Shown one piece after another: positions 62,094 through 64,000 of a stretch of DNA of 64,000 bases. This stretch comes from Neoconidiobolus thromboides FSU 785 (Eukaryota > Fungi > Entomophthoromycota). The notes beneath the pieces are model-generated. The model saw only the letters and a program-made list of their open reading frames with translations, did not search any database and was not told the DNA's origin. The position numbers were made by a program, and so were the translations under genes. The stretch spans positions 1-64,000 of the forward strand of contig MU626338.1 in assembly GCA_025603075.1 (NCBI GenBank). The letters are read 5' to 3'. Each line of letters starts with the position of its first letter. Positions within the stretch are counted from its first letter, which is position 1.

Positions 62094-62410
62094 ATGATAC
62101 TAAAGACAGTATTAAATAATTATCAGAAAATTGTTGCACTTATTCACAAATTATGAAATGTCGCCCTAGTGCTACTAAGAGCACTATCAGTAGGTATAAA
62201 TGTAATTAGTTTCCTAAAGTAAAACCTACCCGAAGCGGAAGGTCTTCTACGATCAATAATAATGCACACAGCTATACTAAAAGACGTATTACTTTAGGTG
62301 GGATGAAAACGGGGAAAGGTATACAAAAATATTTAGAATCTGTTAATATTAACTTGGTATACACTTCATGCTACAAAATGCTAGATTCTAAGTTTAAAAC
62401 AAAAAATTGA
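62094..62410 (+). mobile_element. Degraded Tc1/mariner transposase N-terminal (HTH) fragment
   Basis: GC-richer island translating, with one frameshift and a stop, to ..KSTISRYKCN*FPKVKPTRSGRSSTINNNAHSYTKRRITLGGMKTGKGIQKYLESVNINL; this follows the STxSR..GR..R.I..G..T...L layout of Tc1 paired-like DNA-binding domains. Confidence 0.65.
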
Positions 62411-62703
62411 GAAGAGTGATTAAAAATAAAATAAAAATGTAATAGTATTGATTAGTGTAACTTCATTAATAGTTTATAATGACAATTAGATTACATGCCT
62501 TAGAATGGGCTTATAAATTACCGAATTGTTTTACTATTTATAAAAAACAAAATATTAGATTTAATTTGTATGCTGAACTTATAGACTATTAATAGATAGA
62601 TAATTGGAATATTTTAAATCTTAGTTAAACTATTAGTAGTTAAAACAAAAAAAATATTATTAATTATATATAATACATACCATATATTTATCCCATTAAG
62701 CCT

Positions 62704-63713
62704 CTATATTAAATTAAATAATTTTTCGAACTGAATATCAAACTTAGCCGGTATATCATCTCCATAAATCTAAAAGAGTCAATGACCCTTAATAAATATA
62801 CTAATATTACCTCTTTGATGATTGATTTTAAACTTTCAAAAGTGACTTCCGCCTTTGCTCTTGGGCCCCAATGATATTCAAAGTTGCGCTTAAGGTATTC
62901 CTCTTGGGTTGATATCCTCGAAGGCTGAGCTTGAGCATTTTCTTCACTAATGATTACTTTTTGCCTAATTATATAATTTTGTCTCATCAATCGAGTAATC
63001 AAGTCATCTAGTTCTTTAACAGTAAACTCTCTAAAGCTAAACATATTACGTGCCAAAGTGCCTACTTAAGTTTAGAATTGAATTTTTTTTGTTTAATATT
63101 TATTTTATTACCATGAGATATGCAATTCTTATATACAAAAATCAAACATAATAATAACACTGTTTGTCCATCTTTTATTCTTTCGTCCATTGAAATTGGG
63201 CAGTATGGCAATCCTTCTCTTTCTTCTAAGGTTAAATTATTGACTAAAATATAGTTTTCTGAGGACTTTGGCTTTGTAATATCATCTAAATTTTACTTTA
63301 ATAAGTGGTAGTTTTAATATACAAAACCTACTCTTCCTTGTACTCTTTTTTTTAGAAATTATTAAGTTTTTGGCCATTGTTTCTTTAGATTCTAACTCGA
63401 TCAATTTCATACCAAAAATAGATTCCGAGATCAACTGAGCTCTTTCTATTATCGGTTTAAAATCTCTGGGATTTTCTATCTTTACTTAAGTTAATTAATA
63501 AGCAATGTTTTAAAATAAGTATCTGCAGTAAACTACCATATTTTTTTATATCTTCTCGTTTCATTGGTATTCCTTTCTCGGAAGTAATTAAAGCTAATCT
63601 TACTAAACTTTGTGCTTTTTCTTGAATATACTTTAAATAATTAAGTTTAGTATCATAGTTTGTTTTTATCTTGTCTTTATTACTTGTGAATCCTCACCAG
63701 CATCTGTGTTCAT
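62704..63713 (-). CDS. NSE3: SMC5/6 subunit NSE3 (MAGE domain), multi-exon
   Basis: AQSLVRLALITSEKGIPMKREDIKK, ISESIFGMKLIEL, GQTVLLCLIFVYI, LITRLMRQNYI, EYHWGPRAKAEVT (MAGE WGPRA motif), IYGDD. Confidence 0.88.
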
Positions 63714-64000
63714 TTTGCAATGTTTATAAATAAATAAAAATAGCTGAGCTTTTGATTATTTGCTTTTTAAAGTAACCAAACAAAACAAGTTGTTTAATTT
63801 ATTCGTAAATTTTGTTTAAAAATAATTTAATACAAATAAGATTGAAACATAAAGCAAAATTAAAATTAAAAATAAGCAAAATTAATTTAAATCATTTTAA
63901 TTTAAACTGATAAAATTTAAAAAAGTTGTTTGAACTCTATTGAATTCTCAGTATCAATATCTTTGGTAAATTGATAAGAACTAAAATAAGCTATTAGCTA

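Overview
AT-rich eukaryotic nuclear DNA with many short (about 40-55 nt) GT-AG introns, often with AAG acceptors. Gene content and style suggest an early-diverging fungus, plausibly Zoopagomycota/Conidiobolus-like (inference). I spliced by eye about 30 protein genes. Recognisable ones are EBP2, SAR1, a CABLES-type cyclin, TDP1, verprolin, TXNDC17, ECM4, GPI18, ICE2-like, DBF2, a divergent BUB3, a homeobox gene, BRD7/9-like, HMG-CoA lyase, RNA14, THI5/NMT1, a DUF676-type hydrolase, SPT7, JJJ1, a CBS-PB1 protein, YRB30 and NSE3; several others are orphans. There are two tRNA genes (Gly-GCC, Pro-CGG), a Tc1-like transposase relic, and seven copies or fragments of a ~95-100 bp MITE with GGGGATGT termini and copy-specific 4-bp TSDs (Sola-like by inference). 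The most notable observations are this MITE family; a TDP1 whose second catalytic His reads as Arg (the SCAN1-type change); a BUB3 paralogue lacking both phospho-MELT-reading basic residues; a BRD7/9-like gene with a vestigial bromodomain and an apparent 7-nt micro-exon; and an animal-type CABLES cyclin. No prokaryotic-type system or CRISPR array is present. Exon boundaries are manual and unverified.
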